Positions 33,617 to 43,762 of a DNA stretch of 64,000 nucleotides are shown one piece after another; position 1 is the stretch's first letter, and each line of letters opens with the position of its first letter. The translations under genes were made by a program, and so were the position numbers. Source of the stretch: Candidatus Marinacidobacterales bacterium (GTDB taxonomy: Bacteria > Acidobacteriota > Vicinamibacteria > Marinacidobacterales > DATDRI01); contig CBDCNP010000002.1 of NCBI GenBank assembly GCA_965219415.1, forward strand, positions 832,001-896,000, written 5' to 3'. The notes beneath the pieces are model-generated. The model was given only the letters and a program-made list of their open reading frames with translations, did no database searches and had not been told where the DNA came from.

Positions 33617-34176
33617 TCAGTTTTTCTTGCGCAAGAGGCCGCGGAGAGCCTCTCCGGCCGCTTCGGTGGCTTCGCGTTTCAACCCCGAACCCGCCTGTGC
33701 CAATAAGGCCTTGGAATCGGGACGCACCTTGGGGTCTTCGAGCGTGCCGGTCACGCTAATAGGGATGGGAACCCACCCTTCGTCATCGGAGAGAACGTCC
33801 AAAACGTTCGACCCGACTCCCTCGATGGTAATCCCCTCTCGCGGTGTGGCGACCGCGAAACCGAGCTCGATCGGACCTGCGAGATTTACCCAACCGTCGA
33901 GATCCAACCGGGCAACCTCGCTAGTGAACTGAAAGGGCGAAAGGACCACGACGTTGTTCTCGAGTCGAAACTGCGCTTCGGTCGCTTGATATTGCGTCCC
34001 GACCAAAACCGTCTTCCCCAAGGCCTTGTCCACTCCTGAGAACATTTCTGCGGCGGGAAACTCGCCTGCCGCTAGAAGCACGTTACCCGATGCCTTCACA
34101 TCCTTGGTGTCCGAACCGACGCCTTCCGCTTCGAGTTTGGCGGTGCCCGGACCGAACCCGTCGCTCGCGCCGACCA
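33617..34176 (-). pseudogene. AsmA-like C-terminal fragment
   Basis: Beta-rich repeats and the VPIPISVTGTLEDPKVRPD tail typical of AsmA-like C-termini; no N-terminus. Confidence 0.55.
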
Positions 34177-34645
34177 TACTGTTGAGAGCCAACCCCATCT
34201 CTGCCCTTTGTCGGGATCGACGAACGTACCGGTGAAGGCGACGTCGAGCTCCAAATCCGGCTTCACGGATTTCAATCCTGCCTCATAGCCGGCCAGAAAC
34301 TTCTCCACACCCGGCGTGTCGGCGCCTCCCATGAAGCCAACGCGTCCGGCGTCGCTCTTCGTGGCCGCCACGACTCCGCATAGGTACGAGCCTTCCTGTA
34401 CGTCGTACGCGATGGCACGCAGGTTCGGATGCCTCTCGGGCTCGGGAACACTTTCGTAGACCAGCACGAAGCGCGTCTCAGGGAATTGCGGCGCAACCCT
34501 GAGGAATGGTTCCTTGATGAGAAAAAATGTACTGACCACAACGTCGTAGCCGGCGTCACTTACTTGACGAACGGTCGTCTCGAACTCGGTCGGGTCTTTC
34601 ATCTCTACCATCTTGACCCGCGACGCATAGCCATCATCCTTAGCT
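34177..34645 (-). pseudogene. BMP/PnrA-family ABC substrate-binding protein, internal fragment
   Basis: AGYDVVV, APQFPETRF, EGSYLCGVVAA, GRVGFMGG, FLAGYEAG, FTGTFVDPDKG; both ends lost. Confidence 0.8.
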
Positions 34646-35873
34646 GCTATCGGAGGCGGCGTATACATGACAGGGAGCCTGGGCGGCACGGCTCCGCTGC
34701 CTGTTTCTGGCGAGGTTTTCGCCCAGGAGCCGCCGACCTTCTCGCCCGTCAAAGCCATTGCGGACCGCGACGTCTACTACCCTGGAACCGAGGACCTGGC
34801 GCCCGACGAAATGCGTGTCACCGCCTGCGGTACGGGAATGCCCAACGCGCGACCGAAGCAGGCGGCCGCTTGTTGGCTCGTGGAGCTCGGAAACGGCGAT
34901 AAATTCCTCTTCGACATCGGGACGGGCTCTGCCGAGAGAATCTCGGCGATGAAGATTCCGTACAACTATCTCAACAAGGTTTTCATCGGCCATCTCCACT
35001 CCGATCACTTCGGCGATCTGGATGCGCTCTGGGTCGGCGGGGTCGTGGGCAACCGCGTGGTTCCATTGCGTGTTTGGGGACCAAGCAGCGCCCAGGAGAA
35101 ATACGGAACGAAGGTCGCCCTCGAGCACATGGAGGCAATGCTGGCGTGGGATGTCGACACGCGTTTCGGCAACACCGATACCCGGGGGTTGTACCTGGAA
35201 ACCACCGAGTTCGACTACCGGGCCGTCAACCAGGTCATCTACGAAGAGAACGGAGTCACGATCCGGACGATCCCCGCGATCCATATATACGGCGGTCCGG
35301 TCAGCTTCATCCTCGAGTGGAACGGGCTCAAGTTTGCCTACAGCAGCGACACGTTTCCAAACAAGTGGTGGATGGAGTACACCACAGGAGTCGACCTATC
35401 CGTTCACGAGGCCTTCATCACGCCCGCAGTCGCTGGTCGAGAAGCAGAACTTCTCACCCGAAGCTGCTCTCAACGTAGGTACGCAGATTCACACATCGCC
35501 AGCACAGTTCGGCAAGGTGATGGCGACGACGAAACCACGTATGGCTGTCGCGTACCATTTCTTCAACGACTTCGACACCGCTCCCGACGTGCTGCGCGAC
35601 GTGCGCAGGACCTACGATGGAGCCCTGGCTCTGGCGACTGACTTCATGGTCTTCAACGTCACCAAGGACGACATCAAAGTGCGTATGGCGGTCGTGGATG
35701 AAGACATCTGGCCGATGCCCTCGACGATCCCTCTCGTACCACCGGATCCGAGCATCCAGCGGACTGAAATGACGGAGTTCACGAGAAACGGTCGTATCGT
35801 TCATCGCGACGTCCTCGAGGAGATTTATGCGGAGATCAATGAGCGCTTCGGCTCGAACGCGCGTGTACCCTAG
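34640..35873 (+). pseudogene. Secreted MBL-fold hydrolase (RNase Z/AtsA-like), start lost and frameshifted
   Basis: CGTGMP, FDIGTG, HLHSDH (HxHxDH), AYSSDT, HEAF, IHTSP, VAYHF; frameshift near 35425. Confidence 0.8.
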
Positions 35874-35978
35874 AAGGCGCGGGACTTGAGGGGGGTCAAC
35901 TCGGTCCGGACCGAGTTGGCGGCGGATGCGACGTCGTCGTTCAAAGCCGTCTCCACTCGGCCTTAGCAGCACGCGGCC

Positions 35979-36926
35979 TCACTGTCGCCGCCAAACCTCC
36001 CCGTCCCACTCCCACGTGTCTCCAAAGATCTCCCCTCCCGGGGTCGGGATGTAGCCACCGAATAACACCACCTTGTTCCTAGATCTATTGAGCACCATGT
36101 CGTGGTCGACTCTTATCGTGGGGCTATCGACATCTAGCTCGTTCCACTTTCCTTCCCTAAAACTCCATGTCCCAGCTCGGGGCACCCGCTCTGGATCGCC
36201 GCCACCGAACCGGAGAAGACAGTCGCACGAAGGATCGGCGCTCATGGAATAGTGAGAGCGACCGTTCTCATCTCCCGCGTGGAGCTGCTTGCACTCGCCT
36301 TCCCAGGCCCAGGTGTCGGCGAGCACGACGGCTTTACCGTCGTCGAGGTACATCCCGCCGAAAAGAACGACTCGGGAGCCGGCGGAATCGTAGACGAGCT
36401 GATGGGCGTCCCGTTCCCCAGGGCCTTCGGAAGACCCACGGGACCACTCGCGGCCGTCCCATTCCCAGGTATCTTCAAACGACACCGTCCCGTTATAACC
36501 TCCTTGCAGCACCACGCGGTCTCGGGCTGGGTCGTAAACCATGCCGTGATGGTCACGGGGCTCTGGACCGAACTCGGTGGCCAACGTCCATTCCGTTCCC
36601 CGCCATTCCCAGGTGTCGGCGCGGGGCTTGCCGGAGGCATCGCGCCCCCCAAAGAGAACGAGTACCTCACGTAACTCGTCGTAGGCCAAGCCGAACCAGG
36701 CACGCGGCTCCGGCCCGACCGCGGCAACCTGTGTCCACGTTTCCCCGTCCCAACTCCAGGTATCTCCCAAATACTTCTTGCCGTGGGTCCGGCCGCCGAA
36801 CATCACGACCGCTTCTCGGGAAGCGTTGTACACCATGCGATGCCCGTGCCGAGGCAATGGTGCCTCGGCGGCCGCCGATGCCGCGAGAGCCATCGCTGGT
36901 ATAAGAACGAACGTCGCGAATCGCAT
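35979..36926 (-). CDS. Secreted Kelch-like beta-propeller protein
   Basis: Signal peptide ending AAA-EA; about six repeats of R..H.mvYd..r..vvLFGG....DTWeWdG..W. Confidence 0.85.
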   Translation of the reverse strand: MRFATFVLIPAMALAASAAAEAPLPRHGHRMVYNASREAVVMFGGRTHGKKYLGDTWSWDGETWTQVAAVGPEPRAWFGLAYDELREVLVLFGGRDASGKPRADTWEWRGTEWTLATEFGPEPRDHHGMVYDPARDRVVLQGGYNGTVSFEDTWEWDGREWSRGSSEGPGERDAHQLVYDSAGSRVVLFGGMYLDDGKAVVLADTWAWEGECKQLHAGDENGRSHYSMSADPSCDCLLRFGGGDPERVPRAGTWSFREGKWNELDVDSPTIRVDHDMVLNRSRNKVVLFGGYIPTPGGEIFGDTWEWDGEVWRRQ

Positions 36927-37018
36927 TAATGTGAGCATGGCGGGTGAAAATGTCACAGGGGTCGGATCCAATTCTGTGCATGCACAAAACTGGATCCGAC
37001 CCCAGCTTGTAGAGATCG

Positions 37019-38337
37019 CTAGAGCGTCGAAACCCAGTCGCAGATCCGGTCCACTGCCTGGGTGACCGGTCGGCAATGCTCCAGCACGAAACTCTCGCCG
37101 AGGTCTTCGTCCGGGGCCGTGCCGGTGGCAGAGATCAGAGCCGCGGTGCCATCGAAATCGACATACGCTAATCGCAACGTCAACTCCGCCGGGCGTCGAC
37201 CGAAGGCGGCGCCGGGAAGCGTGGCAACACCCGTAGTGCTTCCAGCAACTTCTCACACAACTCCGTACTCGTGTTGATACCGGCCTTCCGAAGCGCGGGC
37301 TCGAAGTCGGGGAAAAGGTAGAACGCCCCATGCGGAGCGGTCAGCTCGATCCCTGTTTTCTTTAGACGGTCGAAACACCATCCGCCCAGCGCTCGGAGCA
37401 CACGCCTACATTGGAAGAGATAGTTTTCGATCTCCTCCCCACCCTCAAAGGCGCGAACAGCGGCGTATTGGATGGGAGTGCTGGTCGAGGTGAAGCTTTC
37501 ACTCGCGACCACCGCCACCGATTGTTGCAGCCAAGATAAGCTATCCGGAAAAGTAGACGTGCCGAGCCTCCAACCTCCAGCGCCACACCATTTGCTCAAA
37601 CCGGAGCTGATGATCGTACCCTCGGGGTAGAACTCGGCCATCGAATTGTGACGGCCCTGGTGATGAATCTCCCCGTAGATTTCGTCGGACAGCATGACCA
37701 CGCGGTAGCGTCGTGCCACGTCGGCCAAAGCCCTCAGCGTGTTGACCGAATAGGCGTAGCCTGTCGGATTGTTCGGATAATTAAGAATGACCAGTCGCGG
37801 TCGGTCGGGATCGTCGCGGCAGAGCTGCTCGAGCTCCTCGGGCTGGAGCTCCCAGTTCTTGTCCCGTTGCGTGTTGAGCCAGCGCACATGTCTGCCGATG
37901 ATCTGGGCCTGCGGCGCGTAGGTCACCCATGACGGCGTGGGAATCACCAGATCGCCGTAGTAGACGAGCTGAATCAAAAACATCAGCTCCTTCGAGCCCG
38001 GGCCGACCAGCACGTTGTCCCCGGTTCGCTCGATTCCATGTTTGCGGGAGTGATACGCCGCGACCGCCTCACGCAGGGCGGCCAGCCCCCTCACCGGAAG
38101 ATAGTCTTTTTGATGGGCGTTCTCCCTAAGCTCCTCGACCACGACCCGTGGCACGGGAAAGGGAGATTGTCCCAGTCCCAGCCGGAAGACCTCCCGGCCC
38201 TCTTCACGGAGCGCTGCGCTGCGCTCGTTGATAGCCAGCGTCGCCGAGGGGCTTAGGCCGCGGACGTTCAGGTTGAGGTTGACGGTTGGGCATTTGGTCG
38301 CTCCGCGCTGCTTGGTCCGGGTCCGGGTCGTACTCAT
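37019..38337 (-). pseudogene. Class I/II PLP aminotransferase (aspartate aminotransferase-like), frameshift near the C-terminus
   Basis: GLGQSPF, GPGSKE, NYPNNPTG, SDEIY, SGLSKWCGAGGWRLG; the C-terminal GVATLPGAAFG...LRLAYVDFDG continues in another frame to TAG at 37019. Confidence 0.85.
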
Positions 38338-38536
38338 GAGGTTTCACCTGCTCTGCTCTGAAAAGGGCTTCCGGTTGCTAGTGGCTGGGGGACGCAAGGG
38401 GATATATCCAATAGTCTCCACAATCTCTACCGGGGCGACCTGGATAGCTCGCTCATTGGTCGTTTCCTTGCTGGTGGCTTTCTTCTAGTGTAGCGAAGAG
38501 TTGGGTAATTGGCACCATGAGAGGCGGTCACCGGGG

Positions 38537-39547
38537 CTATGACAAGCGAGCGATGACCTTCTCCGAGAGGGTGCCGATGAGAGCTCGTGGGTCACTGCTC
38601 GTGATCGGTATGACGAAACCATCGATTCCGAATTTCAATATTTCCTGAAACCGCGAAACGGCCTCCTCTGGCGTACCGGCGATCGCGATCGAATCGAGTA
38701 TGCGATCCGTCACTAGCTCATTGTGCGGGGCAATTGAGCTGCCGTGCTGGTAGTAGTCGTATCGCTCCTTCATCTCTTTCAACTCCAGCCATAGGGACTC
38801 CGGAAAAATCTCTTTAGGGACGGAGTCAAACACTGTGCCTGCCGCCACGGCGCCATAACCTTTGAGTTCTTCTCTCACACGAGGGCGGTCTGCCCCAACG
38901 TTGCAAGCGAGCCTCATGAATAATTGGATTTCGTCGAAGTTCCGGCCGGCGGCATCGGCACCCTTCCGTACGTTCTCGAGAGCGTACTCGATCAAAGATG
39001 GTTCGGAGCCCACTTGGAAGAGCACTCCATCCGCGACCTTCCCCGCCGATTGAAGGGCCCTCGGACCCGAGGCTGCAAAGAAGATAGGAACAGGCGAGAC
39101 CGGCCAGGCCATCCGAATCTCCTGCCCCTGATGCGTGGTGGTATCTCCTCGAAGGAGCGCTCGAATCGTCAGGGCGCGTTCTTCCCACTCTCGGATGGTC
39201 GCCGGCTTCAACCCCAAGTTGTAAACGGCGCTTTCACCGCGCCCCATTCCGAGTATCGCTCTCCCGCCGGAAACCTCGTTCAAGGTCGCGATGTTCCCCG
39301 CGAGCACCGCGGGGTGACGGGTGACCGGATTGGTGACGCCAGGTGCCAACTGGATCCTTCGTGTCCGATCTGCACAGAGAGCGAGAGCCGTCCAGGCATC
39401 TCGAAAGACGGATTGTGAATCGGCGATCCAAGCGCCGCCAAAACCGGCCTCCTCGGCGACAACGGCAAGCTCCACCACTTCAGCTACCGGTCGAGTGGGC
39501 AGCAGACCCACGTCGAAGCGCACTTTGTTTTCGAACTCTCTCGGCAT
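38537..39547 (-). CDS. LLM-class flavin/F420-dependent oxidoreductase (Mer-like)
   Basis: AEEAGFGGAWIADS, GVTNPVTRHP, SGGRAILGMGRG, AASGPRAL, IAGTPEE. Confidence 0.9.
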   Translation of the reverse strand: MPREFENKVRFDVGLLPTRPVAEVVELAVVAEEAGFGGAWIADSQSVFRDAWTALALCADRTRRIQLAPGVTNPVTRHPAVLAGNIATLNEVSGGRAILGMGRGESAVYNLGLKPATIREWEERALTIRALLRGDTTTHQGQEIRMAWPVSPVPIFFAASGPRALQSAGKVADGVLFQVGSEPSLIEYALENVRKGADAAGRNFDEIQLFMRLACNVGADRPRVREELKGYGAVAAGTVFDSVPKEIFPESLWLELKEMKERYDYYQHGSSIAPHNELVTDRILDSIAIAGTPEEAVSRFQEILKFGIDGFVIPITSSDPRALIGTLSEKVIARLS

Positions 39548-39601
39548 CAACGTCGACCGATTTGGTGTGCCGGGTGAATCATGCTATGAACTATAACCCC
39601 G

Positions 39602-41026
39602 ATGGCCAAGCATCTGTACCTTCCGACGGGTGTGATCTTTGTCGCGGCAACTTGGGCCGGGGGCGCCCTTTCCGCGCTACAGGCGGCCCCGCAGCCCGAA
39701 CAAGTCCCTCCCAACATCCTCGTCATCTACGCGGACGATCTCGGGTATGGGGATCTAGGGAGCTATGGTCACCACACGCTCCGGACGCCGACCCTCGATC
39801 GGCTGGCCCGTGACGGCATGCGCCTAACCTCCTACTACGCTCCGTCCCCGCTCTGCTCACCCTCCCGGGCGTCGCTGCTCACCGGAAGAATCCACTACCG
39901 AACCGGCATAGAAAGTTGGATCCCGCCCGACACGGACGTACAGCTCGGCCCTCGCGAGATCACCATCGCCACGCTTTTGAAGCAAAAGGGCTATCAGACC
40001 TTCATGGCCGGGAAGTGGCACCTCAACGGCGGACTGGACCGTCAAGATCATGCCCAGCCCGACGATCATGGATTCGACAATTGGCTCGCGCTCCATGCAT
40101 GGCCGATCCCTCACAACCAGAATCCGGTGAACTTCTACCGAAACGGAGAGCCGCTCGGGCCGATGCAGGGTTTCACCGCGCAGATCGTGGTGGACCAAGC
40201 AATGGAGTGGCTTGGGCAACGGGACGCGGAAGCACCATTTTTCATGTACGTTCCGTTGATCGAGCCGCATTCCACTATCGCCAACCCCAGTTGGGTGAAT
40301 CAGATTTACTCCGAGCTCACCTCGGGAGAGCCTGATCCCATCGCCAACGCGCTCGATATACCCGGTAACCTAGCTGCCCGAGGCCCCGGCGAGTACTACG
40401 CCAACATTACTTATATGGACTACCAGCTCGGACGACTGTTGCGCCGTCTCGACCGGTTGGGTTTGCGAGACGATACGTTCTTGTTCTTTGCCAGCGACAA
40501 CGGACCGGTCACCACCGACTGGAGGCATTGGTGGGAGGTGAATCTCTACGGCAGCACCGGGGGATTCCGCGGCCGCAAGGCCGACCTCTACGAAGGCGGG
40601 ATCCGGGTGCCGGCGATCATTCGATGGCCTGGACGAGTCGAGCCGGGCTCCGAGTCTGACGCGCCGCTCATCGGTTACGACTTGCTGCCAACACTCGCTT
40701 CCGTCGCGCACTTCTCGGTTCCCGATGACCGGCCCATCGACGGCGAGGATTTTTCCTCCGTCCTCGATGGAAAGCCGTTCGTCCGCGAACGGCCTCTTTA
40801 CTGGGAGTTCGATGACGACAACGGCTTCCACTTCGCACTGCGCAACGGGAACTGGAAGTTGCTTGCCGATGAAAGTCTCGAAGAACTTCGACTCTACGAC
40901 TTCACTCACAACCCATTCGAAGTCGTGGATGTAGGCCCTGAGCGACCTGAGGTCGTGTCCGAGCTCTTGGGGAAGCTAAAACTGATGCGAGACAGCGTCG
41001 CCAGTGACCCGCTCAAGCCTCGCTAA
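39602..41026 (+). CDS. Secreted Cys-type sulfatase
   Basis: PNILVIYADDLG, CSPSRASLLTG formylglycine motif, GKWHL, SDNG, YEGGIRVP. Confidence 0.95.
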   Translation: MAKHLYLPTGVIFVAATWAGGALSALQAAPQPEQVPPNILVIYADDLGYGDLGSYGHHTLRTPTLDRLARDGMRLTSYYAPSPLCSPSRASLLTGRIHYRTGIESWIPPDTDVQLGPREITIATLLKQKGYQTFMAGKWHLNGGLDRQDHAQPDDHGFDNWLALHAWPIPHNQNPVNFYRNGEPLGPMQGFTAQIVVDQAMEWLGQRDAEAPFFMYVPLIEPHSTIANPSWVNQIYSELTSGEPDPIANALDIPGNLAARGPGEYYANITYMDYQLGRLLRRLDRLGLRDDTFLFFASDNGPVTTDWRHWWEVNLYGSTGGFRGRKADLYEGGIRVPAIIRWPGRVEPGSESDAPLIGYDLLPTLASVAHFSVPDDRPIDGEDFSSVLDGKPFVRERPLYWEFDDDNGFHFALRNGNWKLLADESLEELRLYDFTHNPFEVVDVGPERPEVVSELLGKLKLMRDSVASDPLKPR

Positions 41027-41032
41027 CCGCCA

Positions 41033-41818
41033 ATGGATATACCCCACCCTCACAAGCTTCTGGATTTCTCCGGCAAGGCCGCGCTCGTCACCGGGGCGGG
41101 AAGTGGGTTGGGTCAGGGTATCGCAAGGCGTTTCGCCCAGGCCGGTGCAGCGGTTATCGTGGGTTATCACACCAGTGCGGACGGTGCCCGAAGTGTCGTT
41201 GCGCAAATCGAGTCGGAAGGCGGCCGAGCCAAGGCAATCGGGGCCGACGTCACTCAGAAAGACGATGTTGAGCGCCTGCTTCGTGAATCGATCGCGGCCT
41301 TCGGCAAGCTCGACGTTGTCATCAACAACGCCGGGATCTATCCCCATTCGTCGCTGGTCGACATGACGGAGAACGAATGGGACGCGGTCGTCAATGCGAA
41401 CTTACGCAGCGTGTTCCTCTGCACGCAAGCCGCGGCGAAACACATGATGGCGCAAGGCGAAGGTGGGGCCATCATTAACATCTCCTCGATCGAAGGCGAG
41501 AATCCGGCCCCCACGCACAGCCACTACAACGCTGCCAAAGGCGGTGTATTGATGCATACTCGCGCCGCCGCCCACGAGCTCGGGCCACACAGCATCCGTG
41601 TCAACGCCGTCTCTCCGGGTCTTATTTGGCGGGAAGGTATCGAAGTCGCCTGGGCCGACGGCGTCGAGCGTTGGAAGAAGAGAGCCCCCTTGACCCGCCT
41701 TGGAATGCCAGCCGACGTGGCCGATGCGTGTCTATTTCTAGCGTCGCCCGCCGCCCGTTGGATCACCGGCGCCAACCTCCGTGTGGACGGAGGCGTGATG
41801 ACCTGCCAGATCTTCTAG
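41033..41818 (+). CDS. SDR-family oxidoreductase
   Basis: TGAGSGLG, NNAG, YNAAK, VNAVSPG, VDGG. Confidence 0.95.
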   Translation: MDIPHPHKLLDFSGKAALVTGAGSGLGQGIARRFAQAGAAVIVGYHTSADGARSVVAQIESEGGRAKAIGADVTQKDDVERLLRESIAAFGKLDVVINNAGIYPHSSLVDMTENEWDAVVNANLRSVFLCTQAAAKHMMAQGEGGAIINISSIEGENPAPTHSHYNAAKGGVLMHTRAAAHELGPHSIRVNAVSPGLIWREGIEVAWADGVERWKKRAPLTRLGMPADVADACLFLASPAARWITGANLRVDGGVMTCQIF

Positions 41819-41822
41819 CCTA

Positions 41823-42494
41823 CTAGGACGCGCGGCGGCCGACCTTGCCAGCCGCCAGGGGGCCGTCCATTAAATCCACGATGGAAGCCACTTCGCCAAA
41901 ATGGTAGGCAAAGTTGCTCAGGAAAACGCGCTGAAGTGTCTCGAAGTCGACTTCGCCCCACCCCTGATCGGGTAGAGATGTAGCGGAGGTTCCGTCGCTG
42001 AGCATGATGGTATGGAAGTCGCGGGCCACCGCATCTCGGGCCGTACATTCCACGCACGCCCCCACCGAAACGCCGCTCACGATGACGTTGCGAACGCCGA
42101 GCTCACGCAGGGTTGCTTCGAGACCGGTGTAGACGAAACCCGATTGCCGGATCTTCTCAACGACGATGTCGCCCTCCTTGGGGGCGATCTTCTCCCACAT
42201 TTCGACGCCGCGAGTACCGGCCCGTACCGCCTTACCCTGACCGATGTTCGGGAAACGCTCTGCCAACGTACCCATGTTTCGGGCTTCGGGATGGAAGACG
42301 TGATTGACATAAATGATCGGCAACCCGACCTCACGACATCGATCAAGTAGCACCGCCAACTGGTCTGCCATTTCGCGGCCGGAAGGGGTCTCCATCGGAG
42401 CACCGGGCGCGATGAAGTCCCGACTCATGTCGATGACGAGAAGAGCGCTGTTTTCGGGTTTAACGTTTTCCAGGGAAGTTTGCTTGCGAGCCAT
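41823..42494 (-). CDS. Cysteine hydrolase (isochorismatase/RutB-like)
   Basis: ALLVIDM, VEKIRQSGF, SGVSVGACVECTARDA; AGGAG RBS. Confidence 0.9.
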   Translation of the reverse strand: MARKQTSLENVKPENSALLVIDMSRDFIAPGAPMETPSGREMADQLAVLLDRCREVGLPIIYVNHVFHPEARNMGTLAERFPNIGQGKAVRAGTRGVEMWEKIAPKEGDIVVEKIRQSGFVYTGLEATLRELGVRNVIVSGVSVGACVECTARDAVARDFHTIMLSDGTSATSLPDQGWGEVDFETLQRVFLSNFAYHFGEVASIVDLMDGPLAAGKVGRRAS

Positions 42495-42520
42495 GTCTAA
42501 TCTCCTTATGACTTGGTGTA

Positions 42521-43057
42521 TTACGCGTCTTGGGGCTCCTCGAGCGGGACCTCGAGCATCACGTCTTCTGGTCCAAAATCGTGCCCCTCGGTGGCCTGGT
42601 GATACTGGTTGCCTTGCGTATTCTCGTACTCCTGACTCCCCTCGACCGGAAGCGGAGACGTATGCCAAACGTCGGGGAACATGCTCATCCCCAGCGAGCC
42701 GTCGGAGTAAAACCCGACGAAGTCCTCTGGGCGCGGGTTCTTGGTGGGTTTCGCCAGAAGGAACACGGTCGGTCTACGATCGGCACCAATGAACGCCTGG
42801 GTGGCGTCACCGTGACAGTTGACGTAGCTGACGTGGGCTGCGCCGCCCACCAGTTTGCCAACGACGCCTTCGTCAGCTACCGCGTGGTTTTTGAAATAAA
42901 GCTCGTCTCCTTGGTGGCGCACCTCCATCCGCTCCTTTACCATCTCACCCTCCCGGATTACAGGCTCTATCTCATCGAGGCTCCGGATGACCTTACCGAA
43001 GCCCTCGGCCGCCTCCGGCGTCAGTCGCTTTACCGGAACGCGAACTATTCGCGCCAT
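42521..43057 (-). CDS. Ureidoglycolate lyase (AllA)-like cupin protein
   Basis: LTPEA..GFGKVI N-terminus, NCH.DATQAF, GMSMFPDVWH motifs. Confidence 0.65.
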   Translation of the reverse strand: MARIVRVPVKRLTPEAAEGFGKVIRSLDEIEPVIREGEMVKERMEVRHQGDELYFKNHAVADEGVVGKLVGGAAHVSYVNCHGDATQAFIGADRRPTVFLLAKPTKNPRPEDFVGFYSDGSLGMSMFPDVWHTSPLPVEGSQEYENTQGNQYHQATEGHDFGPEDVMLEVPLEEPQDA

Positions 43058-43072
43058 TCGTTTCGTCCTCCC

Positions 43073-43636
43073 CTACTTGCGGTCGTACATGGAAGGCTCG
43101 CGCGCAAAGACCCGCCGAACCATGGGCTCGAAGAATTCTAACGGCAGGCTGTCGAACGCCGGGTCGAAAGCCGGCATGTCCCACTTGTGGCAGAAGTCTA
43201 CGGCGTCCTGGTAGTAAGGATGATCGCGGTAGCGATCGCGGGCGTTGCGGTCGCCACCTTCCAAATGGGCGTAGTAATACGCCTGGAAGATTCCGTGCTG
43301 TTTGACGATCCAGTGGGTTTTCTCGGATACGTAGGGCCTTAGAACCGCCGCCGCGATCTCGCAATGGTTGTACGGTGCCAGCATGTCGCCGATGTCGTGC
43401 AGGAGCGCCGCCACCACCATCTCCTCGTCGGCTCCGTCCCGGTGCGCGCGGCTCGCTGTCTGCAGAGAGTGCTCGAACCGGTCGACTTGAAGCGGCGTGG
43501 GCTCGGATTCCAGGCTCCTGAGGTGAGCGAGTACACGGTCCGCGACACCCGCCGCGAACTTGCTCTCGACTCCCTCGATCAGTGAAATGTCCTCGGCCGT
43601 GCAATCCTCCATCTTGGCAAAGCTCACGGTTTTCAT
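43073..43636 (-). CDS. HD-domain protein of the PhnZ/TmpB-like diiron oxygenase type
   Basis: EHSLQTA, AALLHDIGD, NH, QH, WD: H-HD-H-H-D ligand set. Confidence 0.8.
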   Translation of the reverse strand: MKTVSFAKMEDCTAEDISLIEGVESKFAAGVADRVLAHLRSLESEPTPLQVDRFEHSLQTASRAHRDGADEEMVVAALLHDIGDMLAPYNHCEIAAAVLRPYVSEKTHWIVKQHGIFQAYYYAHLEGGDRNARDRYRDHPYYQDAVDFCHKWDMPAFDPAFDSLPLEFFEPMVRRVFAREPSMYDRK

Positions 43637-43762
43637 TCTTTTACCTCAAACTACCTCTCTCCCCAAAGGGAGAGGGAGGAAAGGAAGAAGAGACAATTCT
43701 TGGTCGGCGTCTCCGGTTTGTCAATCGCCGACCCGAGGTTATTATGGCGGCCCGAGCCCACC

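Noticed and set aside
35979-37331. 450-aa Kelch ORF with a long N-terminal extension
   Set aside because: The extension overlaps the aminotransferase C-terminus in another frame; the signal peptide starts at about 36926.
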